Assembly: GCF_001194135.2 (NCBI RefSeq)
Contig: NC_068996.1
Location: 20,147,863 to 20,211,862, forward strand
Length of the DNA: 64,000 nucleotides
Direction of reading: 5' to 3'
Origin: Octopus bimaculoides
Lineage: Eukaryota
Within the stretch, counting starts at the first letter, position 1. Every line of letters begins with the position of its first letter. Below, in pieces: positions 50,917-64,000 of this stretch. Under the pieces are notes generated by a model. The model was given only the letters and a program-made list of their open reading frames with translations. It made no database searches and was not told the origin of the DNA. Position numbers and translations under genes: made by a program.

Positions 50917-51960
50917 GGACCCTTCTGGTCCACAGTTTCTTCTCTAACCCCACCTCCCAGCCTGACTCGTTTCTCTTCCCCCGCCCACGCTGCCGCACTT
51001 GTCCTACCACTACAACACCATCTTCCTCACAGGCACCCATCATCGTCCCTATCATATCACCGATTCCTTTACCTGCACTTCTAGCAACGTCATTTACTGC
51101 ATCTCCTGCTCTTCTCTGTGCATCGGTCAAATGGGACGCCGCTTGGTTGACCAGTTCGCGGAGCACCTCCGAGATATCAGACTCGGCATGGACACTGCGG
51201 TCTCGCGCTATATCCGCTCTACCTGTCATTCACTACAACACCTACCTGTGTTCGAATTGTCTTTGCACAGGTGCTATCCGGACTCTCATCTTCGCCGTGA
51301 ATAGGAATTAATCTTCTCTCTTCCATCCTTTGCGCCACATGGGCTCGACTCCTCTCCTCTCACTTTTTTGGCACCTACTTCTTCTCTTCACTCCTACCCA
51401 CCTTTCCTCTCCTCTCTTCATCTGACACTTACTTCTTCTCTTCACTCCTACCCACCTCCTCCCTTCATTGATACCATCTCACCGCGTCCCACACTCATCA
51501 TACCCCTACCTCATATCTCAAAACAACATACCTACACCATCATCCGCACACCTACACACCCGCACGTTACAGACGCGCACACATACACACGTACACACGC
51601 ACACATCCACAAACGTCAAAGTCACTAGCCCCTATCCATACACACACACGTTCTCCCATACACACACGCACACGCACCTTCGTTTTGAATCACCAATACT
51701 TTATTATCTCCCCTTCTTTCAACCTCTTCTGTCAACCTTTTTTCCTAGTCAGTCGCCATGCTTGACCGCTAGTTTTTTTACCACAAGTTTTTTTCTTTTT
51801 ATTCTCTCTGTTTATTTTCTCTTTCTGTTGAAAAGCGTAGGCTCGAAGCGTAAAAGACTTTTTCACTTTCCCGAGTGTCAAACTTATACACCTGTATATG
51901 TCGTCGTTCCGACATTTGAAACTCCGAATAGTATAAGGACAACCCTTTACTGTTTTTTCT
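50917..51960 (+). mobile_element. Penelope-like (Neptune-type) element 3' part: Cys-rich linker, GIY-YIG endonuclease and pLTR with hammerhead-like motif
   Basis: LLVHSF..PRCRTCP; FTCTSSNVIYCISC..CIGQMGRRLVDQFAEHLRDIR (GIY-YIG pattern VIYxIxC..YIGxTxRxLxxRFxEH). Confidence 0.85.
51820..51857 (+). ncRNA. Degenerate minimal type I hammerhead motif
   Basis: TCTTT (helix I) - CTGTTGA - A - AAGC GTAG GCTC (helix II, one mismatch) - GAAG - C - GTA - AAAGA (helix I'). Confidence 0.55.
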
Positions 51961-52049
51961 AAATTATAAGATATATGAAGAATCCTCTATTTCTTTAATA
52001 TCGAGGTCTCATTCTTTTGTTGTTACTTTTTATCATTATCATTATTATT

Positions 52050-52745
52050 ATTGTCTTTGCACAGCTTTTAAAGCTGGAGATGTACTGCAGTGTCAGCTGT
52101 TCACTGCCAGTGAACTAAGGTAACATCTCTTATTTTCCGAGCACCTTCCAGAGTATTCGAACGGTTCCAATCAATGCTGTTTCTACAAGTGCTCCACCCT
52201 TATTGCATCCCCAATTTGTTCCACGTACCTCTCGAGATTTTTGCTCACTGTTCCCAGGGCTCCGACATTTATTGGTACTACTGCTACCTTTTTTATCGAC
52301 CACAACTGCTTAACTTCCCAAGGTAACCTCTCATATCTCTCGACTTTACTTTCTTCCTTATCGCATACCTTGTTATCAGCTGGGCATACTATGTCTATGA
52401 TCCAGCATAGTTTGTTTTCTTCCGCAATAAAGACTATGTCTGGCTTCCTATTCTCTATCTCATGGTCGCACTGAATCATAAATTCCACAGGATCTTTGCA
52501 TTTCCATTTTCGATGATGCCTTCAGGTTTGTGGGCGTACCAATTTTTTGCTCTGTCAAGTCCATATTTGTTGTAAAGTATCCAATGGACAAGCCTGGCTA
52601 TATTGTCGTGGCGTCTCTTATATTCCTTCTGGGCTAGTGACGCACATTGGTTGGTAATATGCTATACGGTTTCACCGTTTTGTCTACAGATTCTCCACTT
52701 ATCAATTTCTGCTATGTTGTCTATTCTGTATTTTATGTAGTTTGT
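52050..52745 (-). mobile_element. 5'-truncated R4/Dong element (CCHC, RLE, 3' UTR, TAA tail)
   Basis: RRHDNIARLVHW, RKPDIVFIAEENKLCWIIDIVCPAD, VVPINVGALG. Confidence 0.9.
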
Positions 52746-52882
52746 TCTTAGCGCTTGCCCTTGGGCAGCACAGATTAGAGCCTCCGTATCCGGTTTTAAA
52801 TCACTTTTCATCATCCACAGTCATCTCTTTTCTCTGTCTGTCTTATCTTCAACATCCCTATAAAATTGATCATGCATTACTC

Positions 52883-52923
<41 letters not shown>

Positions 52924-53654
52924 CATTATTATTAGTATTATTATTAAATAATAAGCGTAAAAATATTGAATATTAATTTGACTAATATCAATTTAAACCA
53001 GTGGCTTAGCATATCGTATAATTCTGAAGATTCAGAAAAATTATATTCCATACATTTAAGAGGGTTGACCACCAAGTGAACATCCAATTGGCAAAACTAT
53101 ATGCATGTTCAATCTCGTCTGGACGTCTCGTGTATAGTTGTACAAATTATATTTTGCTATGACGGTTACACTGATGAATTGCGGTGTGACTAATCATATT
53201 TTGTATTTTTTCATTTGTCTTGCTTGCTTACGTTCTGGCGTTTGCTGAATTTTCTTGAGAACAATCTTTTCTTAGTGGTCAGACCATATGGGGTCTACAT
53301 CTAGTATATTGGATATCCACTTAGTGGTCATCCCTCTTATATGTATGTGTATGTATATATATATATATATATATATNNNNNNNNNNNNNNNNNNNNNNNN
53401 NNNNNNNNNNNNNNNNNNNNNNNNNNNNNNNNNNNNNNNNNNNNNNNNNNNNNNNNNNNNNNNNNNNNNNNNNNNNNNNNNNNNNNNNNNNNNNNNNNNN
53501 NNNNNNNNNNNNNNNNNNNNNNNNNNNNNNNNNNNNNNNNNNNNNNNNNNNNNNNNNNNNNNNNNNNNNNNNNNNNNNNNNNNNNNNNNNNNNNNNNNNN
53601 NNNNNNNNNNNNNNNNNNNNNNNNNNNNNNNNNNNNNNNNNNNNNNNNNNNNNN

Positions 53655-53697
<43 letters not shown>

Positions 53698-54059
53698 TGT
53701 GTGTGTGTGAGTGTGCAGGCGCAAGCATGGTTGTACGGTATAATACATACGTGTGTGTGTGCTTGGGCATGCATGTACGCATATCTGTAAATGTATGTGA
53801 GTGTGTGTCTAAAAGATTATATCTCTATATAAGTAAACAAATATGTTGCCGTTGAACTTGTCGTTCTTGCTTGTTTATCTTTGTCAATGGTGACTGAGTG
53901 CATCAGCCATAATATAGAGCGGGCTGGTGTAGCCACTTCTGTCTGTGGATTATTGTCTTTTTAGAAAACACTTCTACATGTCGGGTATGTACAGTCTACT
54001 GGATATGGAACGTAGAGAAAGTGATCTCTGAAATAATTACCGAAGCAGACTTATGTATT

Positions 54060-54400
54060 AAACATTCTAATTTTTACTTTATTAAAAACATTTAAATACA
54101 AAGAAACGGCAAAGGAGAGATGACAAAGAAAAAGAAAAAATGTGTGGAGGGTTAAGCAGAGGAAAATGGGGGAGTTGATGGGCCACATGTCCCAGAACAT
54201 GCAGGGTACTCCGCTTCGCCCTGCAGTAGCGTTGCTGCAGAGAATGGCCAGCAATACTCGCTGCAGCAGTCACCCCACCACGCGAACTCATTTCTCCGAC
54301 GGGCCGTAGCCATCCTTAATTTGAAGAGGAAATCGGTAGTACGGGGAGTCCTACAACACTTAACATTTTGACGGCGGCTAGCGAAATTATAATAATGACC
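54060..54400 (-). mobile_element. LINE-like (probably L1/Tx1) 3' end
   Basis: Minus strand ends in a pyrimidine-rich UTR and aatgtttttaataaagtaaaaa; homologous to both arms at 37190-37620. The clade assignment is inference. Confidence 0.55.
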
Positions 54401-54401
54401 G

Positions 54402-54828
54402 GCCTTCGTAACACAGTGTAGGTAAAAATACATCGGAGTCTTTAGTCATCTGTCAAGTCACAAGGAATTCGGACAGATAATACTTTCTTTAAGATATGCA
54501 CTGTGCCCAATAAGGCTGCTTTCTGCAAGACATCAATCTTGCATGGGATTTCCAGTTGCCTTAAGAAGTCTTGAAGTTTCAATGAGATTGAGCCCAACGC
54601 TCCGATCACCACTGGTATCACTTTTACATTACCCTCTCGCATTCCATAGTTTTGCCATTTCCACTTTCAGTTCAGAATACTTGTTGATTTTTTTCAACCT
54701 CTTTACTCACAACATTCATGTCATTTGGTATGGCTACATCAATGATCTGACAGTATTTGTCTCTCTTATTCAATATGACAATAACCGGTCGACGGTGTTC
54801 GATTACACGATCCGTCTGAAAATTCTTA
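54402..54828 (-). mobile_element. 5'-truncated R4/Dong element (RLE end plus 3' UTR)
   Basis: FQTDRVIEHRRPVIVILNK..CQIIDVAIPND; VIPVVIGALGS..QKAALLGTVHILKKVL. Confidence 0.9.
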
Positions 54829-54876
<48 letters not shown>

Positions 54877-54884
54877 GCATTATT

Positions 54885-54917
<33 letters not shown>

Positions 54918-54924
54918 GCTGTCG

Positions 54925-55165
54925 TTGGATGAGAGAGAGATAGTAATGCATTCTGTCAAAGTGACACTGAGGTACAAATATACGAAGCCCAATATACCCA
55001 TCACGACTACTCGTCTGATAAGGGTACACCAGCTACATGCATCACAACCATATGTGCGGGACATGGTGATCTCATATGAGGATAAACAGCGCTTGACCTT
55101 GCAAGTGGGGCCCAGTTAGAATTTTCTTCAAGCTAAGTAGCTTATTCTGCTCAAAAGGCTTGTTT
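54925..55165 (-). mobile_element. 3' part of unclassified repeat family X
   Basis: Reverse complement matches about 5540-5780. Confidence 0.75.
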
Positions 55166-55169
55166 AAGG

Positions 55170-55262
55170 ATGATGGGCAAGTGTCTTCTACTATAGCCTT
55201 GGGCCGCCAAAAGCCTTGTGAGTGGATCTGGTAGACGGAAACTGAAAGAATCCCGTTGTATA
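55170..55262 (+). mobile_element. SINE family A fragment
   Basis: gggcaagtgtcttctactatagcc...gtagacggaaactgaaagaa. Confidence 0.8.
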
Positions 55263-55442
55263 TATATATATATATTAAGGTTGTGTCGGGTTGGCCTATG
55301 TTTAATTGGTATTGATTGCGTTTAGATTTAGATAGACTTACTTTTTGCTTCATTTCTTTTATCTCGACTTATGCTGAGCTTAGCTTTTAGTTGTTTGAAG
55401 TTGGAGTTTATTTTTATCTGTGGATGCATCCACAAATAGAAA

Positions 55443-55509
<67 letters not shown>

Positions 55510-56140
55510 NNNNNNNNNNNNNNNNNNNNNNNNNNNNNNNNNNNNNNNNNNNNNNNNNNNNNNNNNNNNNNNNNNNNNNNNNNNNNNNNNNNNNNNNNNN
55601 NNNNNNNNNNNNNNNNNNNNNNNNNNNNNNNNNNNNNNNNNNNNNNNNNNNNNNNNNNNNNNNNNNNNNNNNNNNNNNNNNNNNNNNNNNNNNNNNNNNN
55701 NNNNNNNNNNNNNNNNNNNNNNNNNNNNNNNNNNNNNNNNNNNNNNNNNNNNNNNNNNNNNNNNNNNNNNNNNNNNNNNNNNNNNNNNNNNNNNNNNNNN
55801 NNNNNNNNNNNNNNNNNNNNNNNNNNNNNNNNNNNNNNNNNNNNNNNNNNNNNNNNNNNNNNNNNNNNNNNNNNNNNNNNNNNNNNNNNNNNNNNNNNNN
55901 NNNNNNNNNNNNNNNNNNNNNNNNNNNNNNNNNNNNNNNNNNNNNNNNNNNNNNNNNNNNNNNNNNNNNNNNNNNNNNNNNNNNNNNNNNNNNNNNNNNN
56001 NNNNNNNNNNNNNNNNNNNNNNNNNNAATTGTACCATATAAAATTATATATTTGAATAAACGTATTTTACCTAAAAGGTTTTTATATGCTGGCTATTAAT
56101 GAAATTCATTAATTTTAATGATTTTTATCCTCTAATTATG

Positions 56141-56177
<37 letters not shown>

Positions 56178-56183
<6 letters not shown>

Positions 56184-57117
56184 CTTGCAGATAAATTATT
56201 GAGACAATTTTTATGATGTATAAAACTGGTTATAAAAACTAAAATAATGGTAGTAGACAGATATAATTTTAATGTAACATTTATTATAACAAAAAGATTT
56301 ATTATTCAATATGGCTTCCCTATTGGGAAATTACTCCTTCCACACGAGAGTAAAACTTTTTGGGAGCTACCGCAACATCCTCCTTTTTGATTTTGCGTGT
56401 TGCACGCATGATGCAGGTCTTCAAACTGTTGACACTCGAGTGTGGTGAAGCAGTGGTCATTGCTTGAAGTACACCCCATAAAATGTAATCGAGAAGGTTG
56501 AGATCTGGATTATTCCTGAACACGTGTGTGACTTTTGATCCGTGGCATGGTGCAGAATCCTGCATAAGCACCACATTGTCTATCCAAGATAACAGAGAGG
56601 TCTTCAGGATGTCCAGATACTCCTTTGTGCCGATCTTTAAGCCAGATTTAATGAAGTGTGGATCCATAGCTCCAAATACCATCACAGAGGCAGCATTCTT
56701 AGTCTCAAACACAGTGGTGGGGGGACGTCAGAAGGGTTGTATGCAATCACCCGAGAATTTCTGAGATTCACCTCAGCATCTACAGTGAACCTCCTCGTTC
56801 ACAAACACAAGAGTTTTTTCTGCATCTTGATGCTTGATGAATAACAGAAGCTTTGGGCATCTCTCGGCCTTGGCTATTAAGAAGTGACGACGTCGTCGAA
56901 CATAGCTGGCCATGCCATGGTCACAGTTCTGGACACCGTGGAAAGGGACATATTACGTATCTTTGCAAGTGTTGTCATGGGTGTGGATGGGCTGGCTTCA
57001 ATCGAGCGTTTGATGCCAGCGGAAAACTTTGGATTGCACTTGGAATCACTTCGAGTCTTGTGTTCTTTCCTATCAACATTCCTGTCTTCTTGGTCTCAAT
57101 TTATCTGCAAGACCCTG
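56178..57117 (-). mobile_element. Internally deleted Tc1/mariner-superfamily element (maT/DD37D-like) with both TIRs
   Basis: TIRs agggtcttgcagataaatt and aatttatctgcaagaccctg. Minus strand: SVMVFGAM, LMQDSAPCH, PDLNLLDY. Confidence 0.87.
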
Positions 57118-57119
57118 TC

Positions 57120-57161
<42 letters not shown>

Positions 57162-57596
57162 TATATATATATNNNNNNNNNNNNNNNNNNNNNNNNNNNN
57201 NNNNNNNNNNNNNNNNNNNNNNNNNNNNNNNNNNNNNNNNNNNNNNNNNNNNNNNNNNNNNNNNNNNNNNNNNNNNNNNNNNNNNNNNNNNNNNNNNNNN
57301 NNNNNNNNNNNNNNNNNNNNNNNNNNNNNNNNNNNNNNNNNNNNNNNNNNNNNNNNNNNNNNNNNNNNNNNNNNNNNNNNNNNNNNNNNNNNNNNNNNNN
57401 NNNNNNNNNNNNNNNNNNNNNNNNNNNNNNNNNNNNNNNNNNNNNNNNNNNNNNNNNNNNNNNNNNNNNNNNNNNNNNNNNNNNNNNNNNNNNNNNNNNN
57501 NNNNNNNNNNNNNNNNNNNNNNNNNNNNNNNNNNNNNNNNNNNNNNNNNNNNNNNNNNNNNNNNNNNNNNNNNNNNNNNNNNNNNNNNNNNNNNNN

Positions 57597-57629
<33 letters not shown>

Positions 57630-57654
57630 ATGTGTGTGTATATGTTTGTGTGTC

Positions 57655-57865
57655 TGTGTTTGTTCCCCCCCCCCAACATCGCTTGACAACCGATGGTGAT
57701 GTGTTTACGTCCCCGTAACTTAGCGGTTCGGCAAAAGAGACCGATAGAATAAGTACTAGGCTTACAAAGAATAAGTCCTGGGGTCAATTTGCTCGACTAA
57801 AGGCGGTGCTCCAGCATGGCCGCAGTCAAATGACTGAAACAAGTAAAAGAGAGTAAAGAGAGTAT
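57655..57865 (+). mobile_element. SINE family A, 3' half
   Basis: Near-identical to the reverse complement of 23015-23215. Confidence 0.9.
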
Positions 57866-58929
57866 AGAGAAAAAAAGGAAAAAAGTTGAATATAGTTGTA
57901 ATCATACAGTTTTGCTTCTGTATCTCTTTAGGACGTTAAGTAGATGACTAAATCAAAAATAGCAATTGGTGGATTAATCCTTTGTACCGGGGTGATAGGA
58001 TGGATCGATAATAAAAGCATAAAAAATAATAATTGTATACGCCAATAGATTTTAGTCGGAGAAGGGGTGAAGATACAATAAGGTTTTAGATTAATCATAA
58101 TAATTTATAATGATTATGTTTGTAGTAGTAATTAATAGTATGAATCATAATAAAGTGGTAATCGCTTAAATGTAACTTTTTATTTATTTACTAGTAGGTG
58201 CTTAAGTCCTTCCACCTGTTGTCTGAAGTGAGATAGGCCAAGGTTCAACGTTCGATGTAATTGGTCAGTTAAAATTAAAAACAAAAGACCAGCTATTGAG
58301 ACCACTATACGGGGTAAGATAAATATATGAATGCGAAAATGGTGTATGTGGTAAGAAGCACTAAAACGCTTAGGTTAGTAAATACTAGATTTAAAAAATA
58401 ATATTATGAAATACAAATAGGAATGTGAAATTAGTAAAAACAATGAAACGAATTTATTCCATAGGAAAATTAGGGAAACATTTATGGTTAAGGGGAGATA
58501 ATAACTAGGGTAAGTGGCCTAAATTAGGGACTGCTGGTCTGTCATCCTAATCAGTGTGTTGACTAGCCCAACAAACAGCTAATTAGCTAAACAATCTATA
58601 AATTAGTCAATCTAGTGGTAAATTAAATAAGAAGTAGATATCCCTAATTAAATTAATGATTACAGTTTATAATTGAAATATAAAATTAAAATACTTGCAA
58701 ATTGTTTACAATAGCAAAAACATATTTGACATATGGTTAGTTCCTATTGCAAATGGCGAACGTTACCAGATCTGCTCTGGTAACAGAAAACCAAGGGAAT
58801 TGGCCATGACACACTCAGTGTGACTTCTATGTATGTATGTATGTATGTATGTATGTATGATTTGTGTTTGAGTTTAATATAAGTTATTCTTGAGAGAGTT
58901 CAAGCCCGTCACTAACAACCCGACAGGAC

Positions 58930-59280
58930 TTTTTGAGTTAAAAGAGTTTCCGGTGTTTGTACATATGTGGTTGAGTTGGTATATTGATACCATCTCACAG
59001 CTCCACACAAATACAACACTGGATTCAGAGAAAACATTCGGTCGTTCACAGGCAAGGATGTGTGACCCTCAAGAATCCCTGACCTCAAAACCCATTGGAT
59101 TTTTCTGTTTGGTCCGTTTTGGAGACGAGATTCTCAAGCACTCCTCAAGCTTCGCTCTACACTGTGAAACGGCGCCAGTAATAGGCTACGTTTCCGCAAT
59201 GACATCTGCCTGCCGCGTGTGAAGCGTTCGCACCTAGACTTAAGGCTGTGATTCGATACAGTGGTGGTCACATAGAATAA
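58930..59280 (+). mobile_element. Tc1/maT-like transposase C-terminal remnant
   Basis: Frameshifted WIQRK, PSRIPDL.P(L)DFSVWSVLET, ACEAFAPRLKAVIRYSGGHIE stop. Confidence 0.72.
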
Positions 59281-60654
59281 AAGTGGTAGTGTCATAATTG
59301 TGTTTCCTTTACCATTGCATTACAATGCTCGAAATATAACAATATTTTACTTTGACAAATAGCAAAAAGTTTATTTATATATATATATATATATNNNNNN
59401 NNNNNNNNNNNNNNNNNNNNNNNNNNNNNNNNNNNNNNNNNNNNNNNNNNNNNNNNNNNNNNNNNNNNNNNNNNNNNNNNNNNNNNNNNNNNNNNNNNNN
59501 NNNNNNNNNNNNNNNNNNNNNNNNNNNNNNNNNNNNNNNNNNNNNNNNNNNNNNNNNNNNNNNNNNNNNNNNNNNNNNNNNNNNNNNNNNNNNNNNNNNN
59601 NNNNNNNNNNNNNNNNNNNNNNNNNNNNNNNNNNNNNNNNNNNNNNNNNNNNNNNNNNNNNNNNNNNNNNNNNNNNNNNNNNNNNNNNNNNNNNNNNNNN
59701 NNNNNNNNNNNNNNNNNNNNNNNNNNNNNNNNNNNNNNNNNNNNNNNNNNNNNNNNNNNNNNNNNNNNNNNNNNNNNNNNNNNNNNNNNNNNNNNNNNNN
59801 NNNNNNNNNNNNNNNNNNNNNNNNNNNNNNNNNNNNNNNNNNNNNNNNNNNNNNNNNNNNNNNNNNNNNNNNNNNNNNNNNNNNNNNNNNNNNNNNNNNN
59901 NNNNNNNNNNNNNNNNNNNNNNNNNNNNNNNNNNNNNNNNNNNNNNNNNNNNNNNNNNNNNNNNNNNNNNNNNNNNNNNNNNNNNNNNNNNNNNNNNNNN
60001 NNNNNNNNNNNNNNNNNNNNNNNNNNNNNNNNNNNNNNNNNNNNNNNNNNNNNNNNNNNNNNNNNNNNNNNNNNNNNNNNNNNNNNNNNNNNNNNNNNNN
60101 NNNNNNNNNNNNNNNNNNNNNNNNNNNNNNNNNNNNNNNNNNNNNNNNNNNNNNNNNNNNNNNNNNNNNNNNNNNNNNNNNNNNNNNNNNNNNNNNNNNN
60201 NNNNNNNNNNNNNNNNNNNNNNNNNNNNNNNNNNNNNNNNNNNNNNNNNNNNNNNNNNNNNNNNNNNNNNNNNNNNNNNNNNNNNNNNNNNNNNNNNNNA
60301 TATATATATATACATAATTATGAATAGATATACATGCTTATGCATATGTAACATATTATATATATATATATATATATATACGCACATCTATATACGTGAT
60401 TGCCAGTATATGTATATAATGCCCTCACACATCTATATCCATCTGTCTCTATCTATCTTTCTATTTATCTCTCTATCTGTCTCGTTGTGTGTGCATCTTT
60501 GATGTGTCTATGTGAATGGGTTTGTATCACTATGTACGTGTGACTGTTATGTATGGCTGTGTGTCTCCATATGTATCCTTCTTTGTGAAATGTGCGTGTA
60601 TGTATATGGTCATGTGTTTCAGTTTTCTTTTGTGTATATATGTGTGTATGCGTA

Positions 60655-61350
60655 TGTATGCTTGGAAGAAAGGTGTGTAGCGTTTGATCGTCGCATTGAC
60701 CATGACTGAGAAAGTTGTTATGGCGATGCCTGCTCAGAAGCCAAAACAAATTTGCAGAAAGTGTATGGAGAGGAGTTTATGAGCTGCACACAAGTGTACG
60801 AATGGTTCAGTCGTTTCCAAGATGGCCGAAAAATGTCGATATTGACGAACGTTCTAGGACACCCGCAACCAGTAGAACTGAGAAAAACATTGCAGATGTG
60901 CATGCAGCTGTGAGAGGAAAATCGTCGAATTACCATCCGTGAGTTATCAAAAGATGTGCAGATTAGTTACGGTCCAGTTCAATTCTTTATCACTGAAGAT
61001 GTGTGTATGAGACGCGTGTCTGCTAAGTTTCTGCTACAACTGCTTTCAGCTGACTAAAAGGACATTTGAAAACTTTGCGTAGGCCTCTGAGCAGGTATCG
61101 CCAAGCTTTAGCCAAAATTTGTTGCAGATTTTCTGCTCAGCTTTCTCTGTCATAGTCATTGCGACGATCACACGCTACCCACTTTCCTTCCAAGCACTTA
61201 CTGTAAAAAGCGGAAGTGAGCTAGAACGGTAAAGCTTAGTGCGCATGCATAAAAGAGCTCAAGGTCAATCTGTACCAAGTGATTTTACTCTGTGTGCATT
61301 AGCTTTATTACTATGGTAACAGCCCAAATTCCTATTGATCAGACCACGTA
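60655..61350. mobile_element. Mariner derivative made of two inverted 5' ends
   Basis: Plus strand: QKVYGEEFMSCTQVYEWFSRFQDGR. 60661-60717 is the reverse complement of 61138-61194. The minus strand begins with TIR TACGTGGTCTGATCAATAG at 61350. Confidence 0.8.
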
Positions 61351-61361
61351 TTTATGTGTGT

Positions 61362-61525
61362 GTGTCTTTGCATCTGTGCTTGTTCCCCGCCACCACTTGG
61401 CAACCAGTGCTGCTCTGTTTACGTCCCCATAACTTAGTGGTTCGGTGAAAGGTGCGGTTTGAATGAGTACCACGCTTTAAGAAAATAAGTACATTCGACT
61501 CAAAATTTTTCAAGGTGGTACCCCA

Positions 61526-61530
<5 letters not shown>
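61362..61530 (+). mobile_element. SINE family A, degenerate 3' half
   Basis: tttacgtccccataacttagtggttcgg...ccccagcata. Confidence 0.72.
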
Positions 61531-61567
<37 letters not shown>

Positions 61568-61696
61568 TTATACATAGACACATATACACATTTATACACA
61601 TATACACACCAATATATACACACACATTCACACCCACCAATCCACATACATACACACCGATATATACACATGTATGCTCACACATGCACATCCGCA

Positions 61697-61753
<57 letters not shown>

Positions 61754-62414
61754 ACACACACAAGTTATTATCTCGGCTGGCTATTTGTATATAATGTATA
61801 AATAGCCAATTGAGTAAATACCTCACCAGACATGTTCAGAATTTAAAGAGAACTGTTTGCTGTAGCTCTTTTTATACTCAGCCGATATAAATGAAGAAAA
61901 TTATAAGAAGAAAGAATCAACAACACGGTTTAATGTGCCTTTGGCCCAATGCTCAAGACTGAGACCCTTATTGGTTAAACATGTCGGCTATAAAAATAAA
62001 CAAGAGGGGACAATTGATTCCACACGAAAACAAGAATGAAAGGCGGAAATTCCTCTTCGAGATAAAAATGAATTTAAACAAAAATAAAAACTGATGAGAA
62101 GGTAAAAGACTTGAGATAATGCTGGTGGAGTTTGTTTCCCTGGAGCTTATAAATTATAAACGAAAATATTAAAACTGTAAATGAAATTAAAATATTTTGT
62201 TACAGGCAAGAAAAATCTTTAATTAAATAACATATATAAAAATAAAATTTTAAAAAATAATCTTTAAAAAAGTTGCCTTTAATGGAAATATTCATTATCG
62301 TGGTGGAAGGTTTATTACAAAATTGGGGTTTTATATTGTTATATTAAATTATTTTTGCGATATACAGTTGTTTTGGGGTTTTTTTAGAATAGGAGACATT
62401 CAAGATTCCGAAAC

Positions 62415-62496
<82 letters not shown>

Positions 62497-62505
62497 ATGA
62501 TGATG

Positions 62506-62560
<55 letters not shown>

Positions 62561-62625
62561 TAATAATAATAATAATGACAATAATAATAATAACAATAAT
62601 AATAATAACAATAATAATAATAAAT
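62415..62625 (+). repeat. Compound (GTA)n-(TGA)-(TAA)n microsatellite
   Basis: Direct reading. Confidence 0.95.
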
Positions 62626-62744
62626 GACTTACTATATTATAAAAATAAAAAGGGCGGTTTTAAANNNNNNNNNNNNNNNNNNNNNNNNNNNNNNNNNNNN
62701 NNNNNNNNNNNNNNNNNNNNNNNNNNNNNNNNNNNNNNNNNNNN

Positions 62745-62821
62745 NTATATATATATACAAACATACACACGGACATACAGGACTATATATATATATATAT
62801 ACACACATACATATTTATATG

Positions 62822-62860
<39 letters not shown>

Positions 62861-63690
62861 ATGTACGTATATGTATACAAACACACACACACATATATAT
62901 ATATATACACACACAAGCACATACAATCACATACGTACACATACATGTACAATTATGTTTGAGCTTCAAAATAAGTTAAATTATGCTTGTACAGAGCACA
63001 CAAAAGCACACACACATACACACACAGTCACTCACAAACAGAGTCACACACACACTCGCGCACAGAGAGACATACACACTCGCACACATAGAAACACAAA
63101 ATCAATTATATATGCACACAGAAATAAACTTATACATACAATACACTTATTTGCATATATATATATATATATATATATATGCGTGCATGCATACATATAT
63201 ACAATTTGCACTAGACATACATTCATTATGTATCGCCATACAAGAACATACAAACATATACAGGCTTACATATTTGCATATATGCATATGTGCAAATTGT
63301 ATTTGTATATAAATCAACGAAGCTATGTATCTATTTGTATATTTGGCAATATGTACACATATACTTGCACATTATACACAAATGAACATGCGCTGTTAAG
63401 TACATATACGTTTATATTTACATTTCATACAGACATATATACATTTGCATACATCTATACTCACACACAAACGCACACACAGTTATGTATACATACATAC
63501 ATACATACATACATACATACATACATACATACATACATACATACATACATACACATGTGTATGTGTGCGTGTATGTATGTAAATATATATATCTATACAT
63601 ACACACATACACACACATACATATGTGCGTGTGTGTATGTTTGATGTGTGTGTGAGTGTGTGTTTGTGTTTGTGTAAATATAAACTTATA
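62745..63690. repeat. Long low-complexity CA/TA/(CATA)n tract
   Basis: Direct reading; source of the spurious H/T/Y/I-rich ORFs. Confidence 0.9.
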
Positions 63691-63699
63691 TGTACTCAA

Positions 63700-63975
63700 C
63701 AGCGCCGACCAAAAGCTTTTGAGTGGATTCGGTAGACAGAAAATGTAAGAAGCCCGTCGCATGTGTGTATGTGTTTGTGTTTGTTCCCACCACACTTTGA
63801 CAACCGGTATTGGTTTATTTACGTTCCTATAATTTAGCTTTGCGGCAAAATTGAGCGATAGAATAAGTACCAGGCTTCACAACAAGCAAAAATAAGTACT
63901 GGAGTCGATTTGTTCGACTAAAATTCTTCACAGAGGAGCCCCAGCGTAGCGGGGTTCTAATAGCTGAAATGGGTA
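63700..63975 (+). mobile_element. SINE family A, degenerate copy lacking the head
   Basis: gagtggattcggtagacag...gaagcccgtcg...gatagaataagtaccaggc...gtcgatttgttcgactaaa. Confidence 0.78.
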
Positions 63976-64000
63976 ATATATATATATATATATATATATA

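Overview
Repeat-dominated eukaryotic DNA from a gapped draft assembly. It has many N runs, mostly beside (TA)n, (CA)n or (TAA)n tracts. The SINE/LINE complement looks like an octopod (Octopus-like) genome, which is an inference from recognised repeat families and not a search result. I found no host protein-coding exon, rRNA, true tRNA gene or CRISPR array that I can support. Almost all long ORFs in the track are microsatellite or N artefacts, or decayed transposon ORFs. The window contains: (1) decayed non-LTR retrotransposons, namely CR1-group, L1/Tx1, RTE-group and many R4/Dong-type RLE elements; (2) three Penelope-like (PLE) fragments; (3) several Tc1/mariner relics, a MULE relic and a hAT-like end; (4) at least four tRNA-derived SINE types; (5) several fold-back inverted repeats. 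The best candidate for an undescribed system is at 11924-12759: a non-coding, highly structured 358-nt repeat unit carrying a minimal type I hammerhead-ribozyme motif, present in tandem and inverted arrangement inside TA microsatellite. It resembles a retrozyme or PLE pseudo-LTR. Element boundaries were read by eye and are approximate unless motif coordinates are given.
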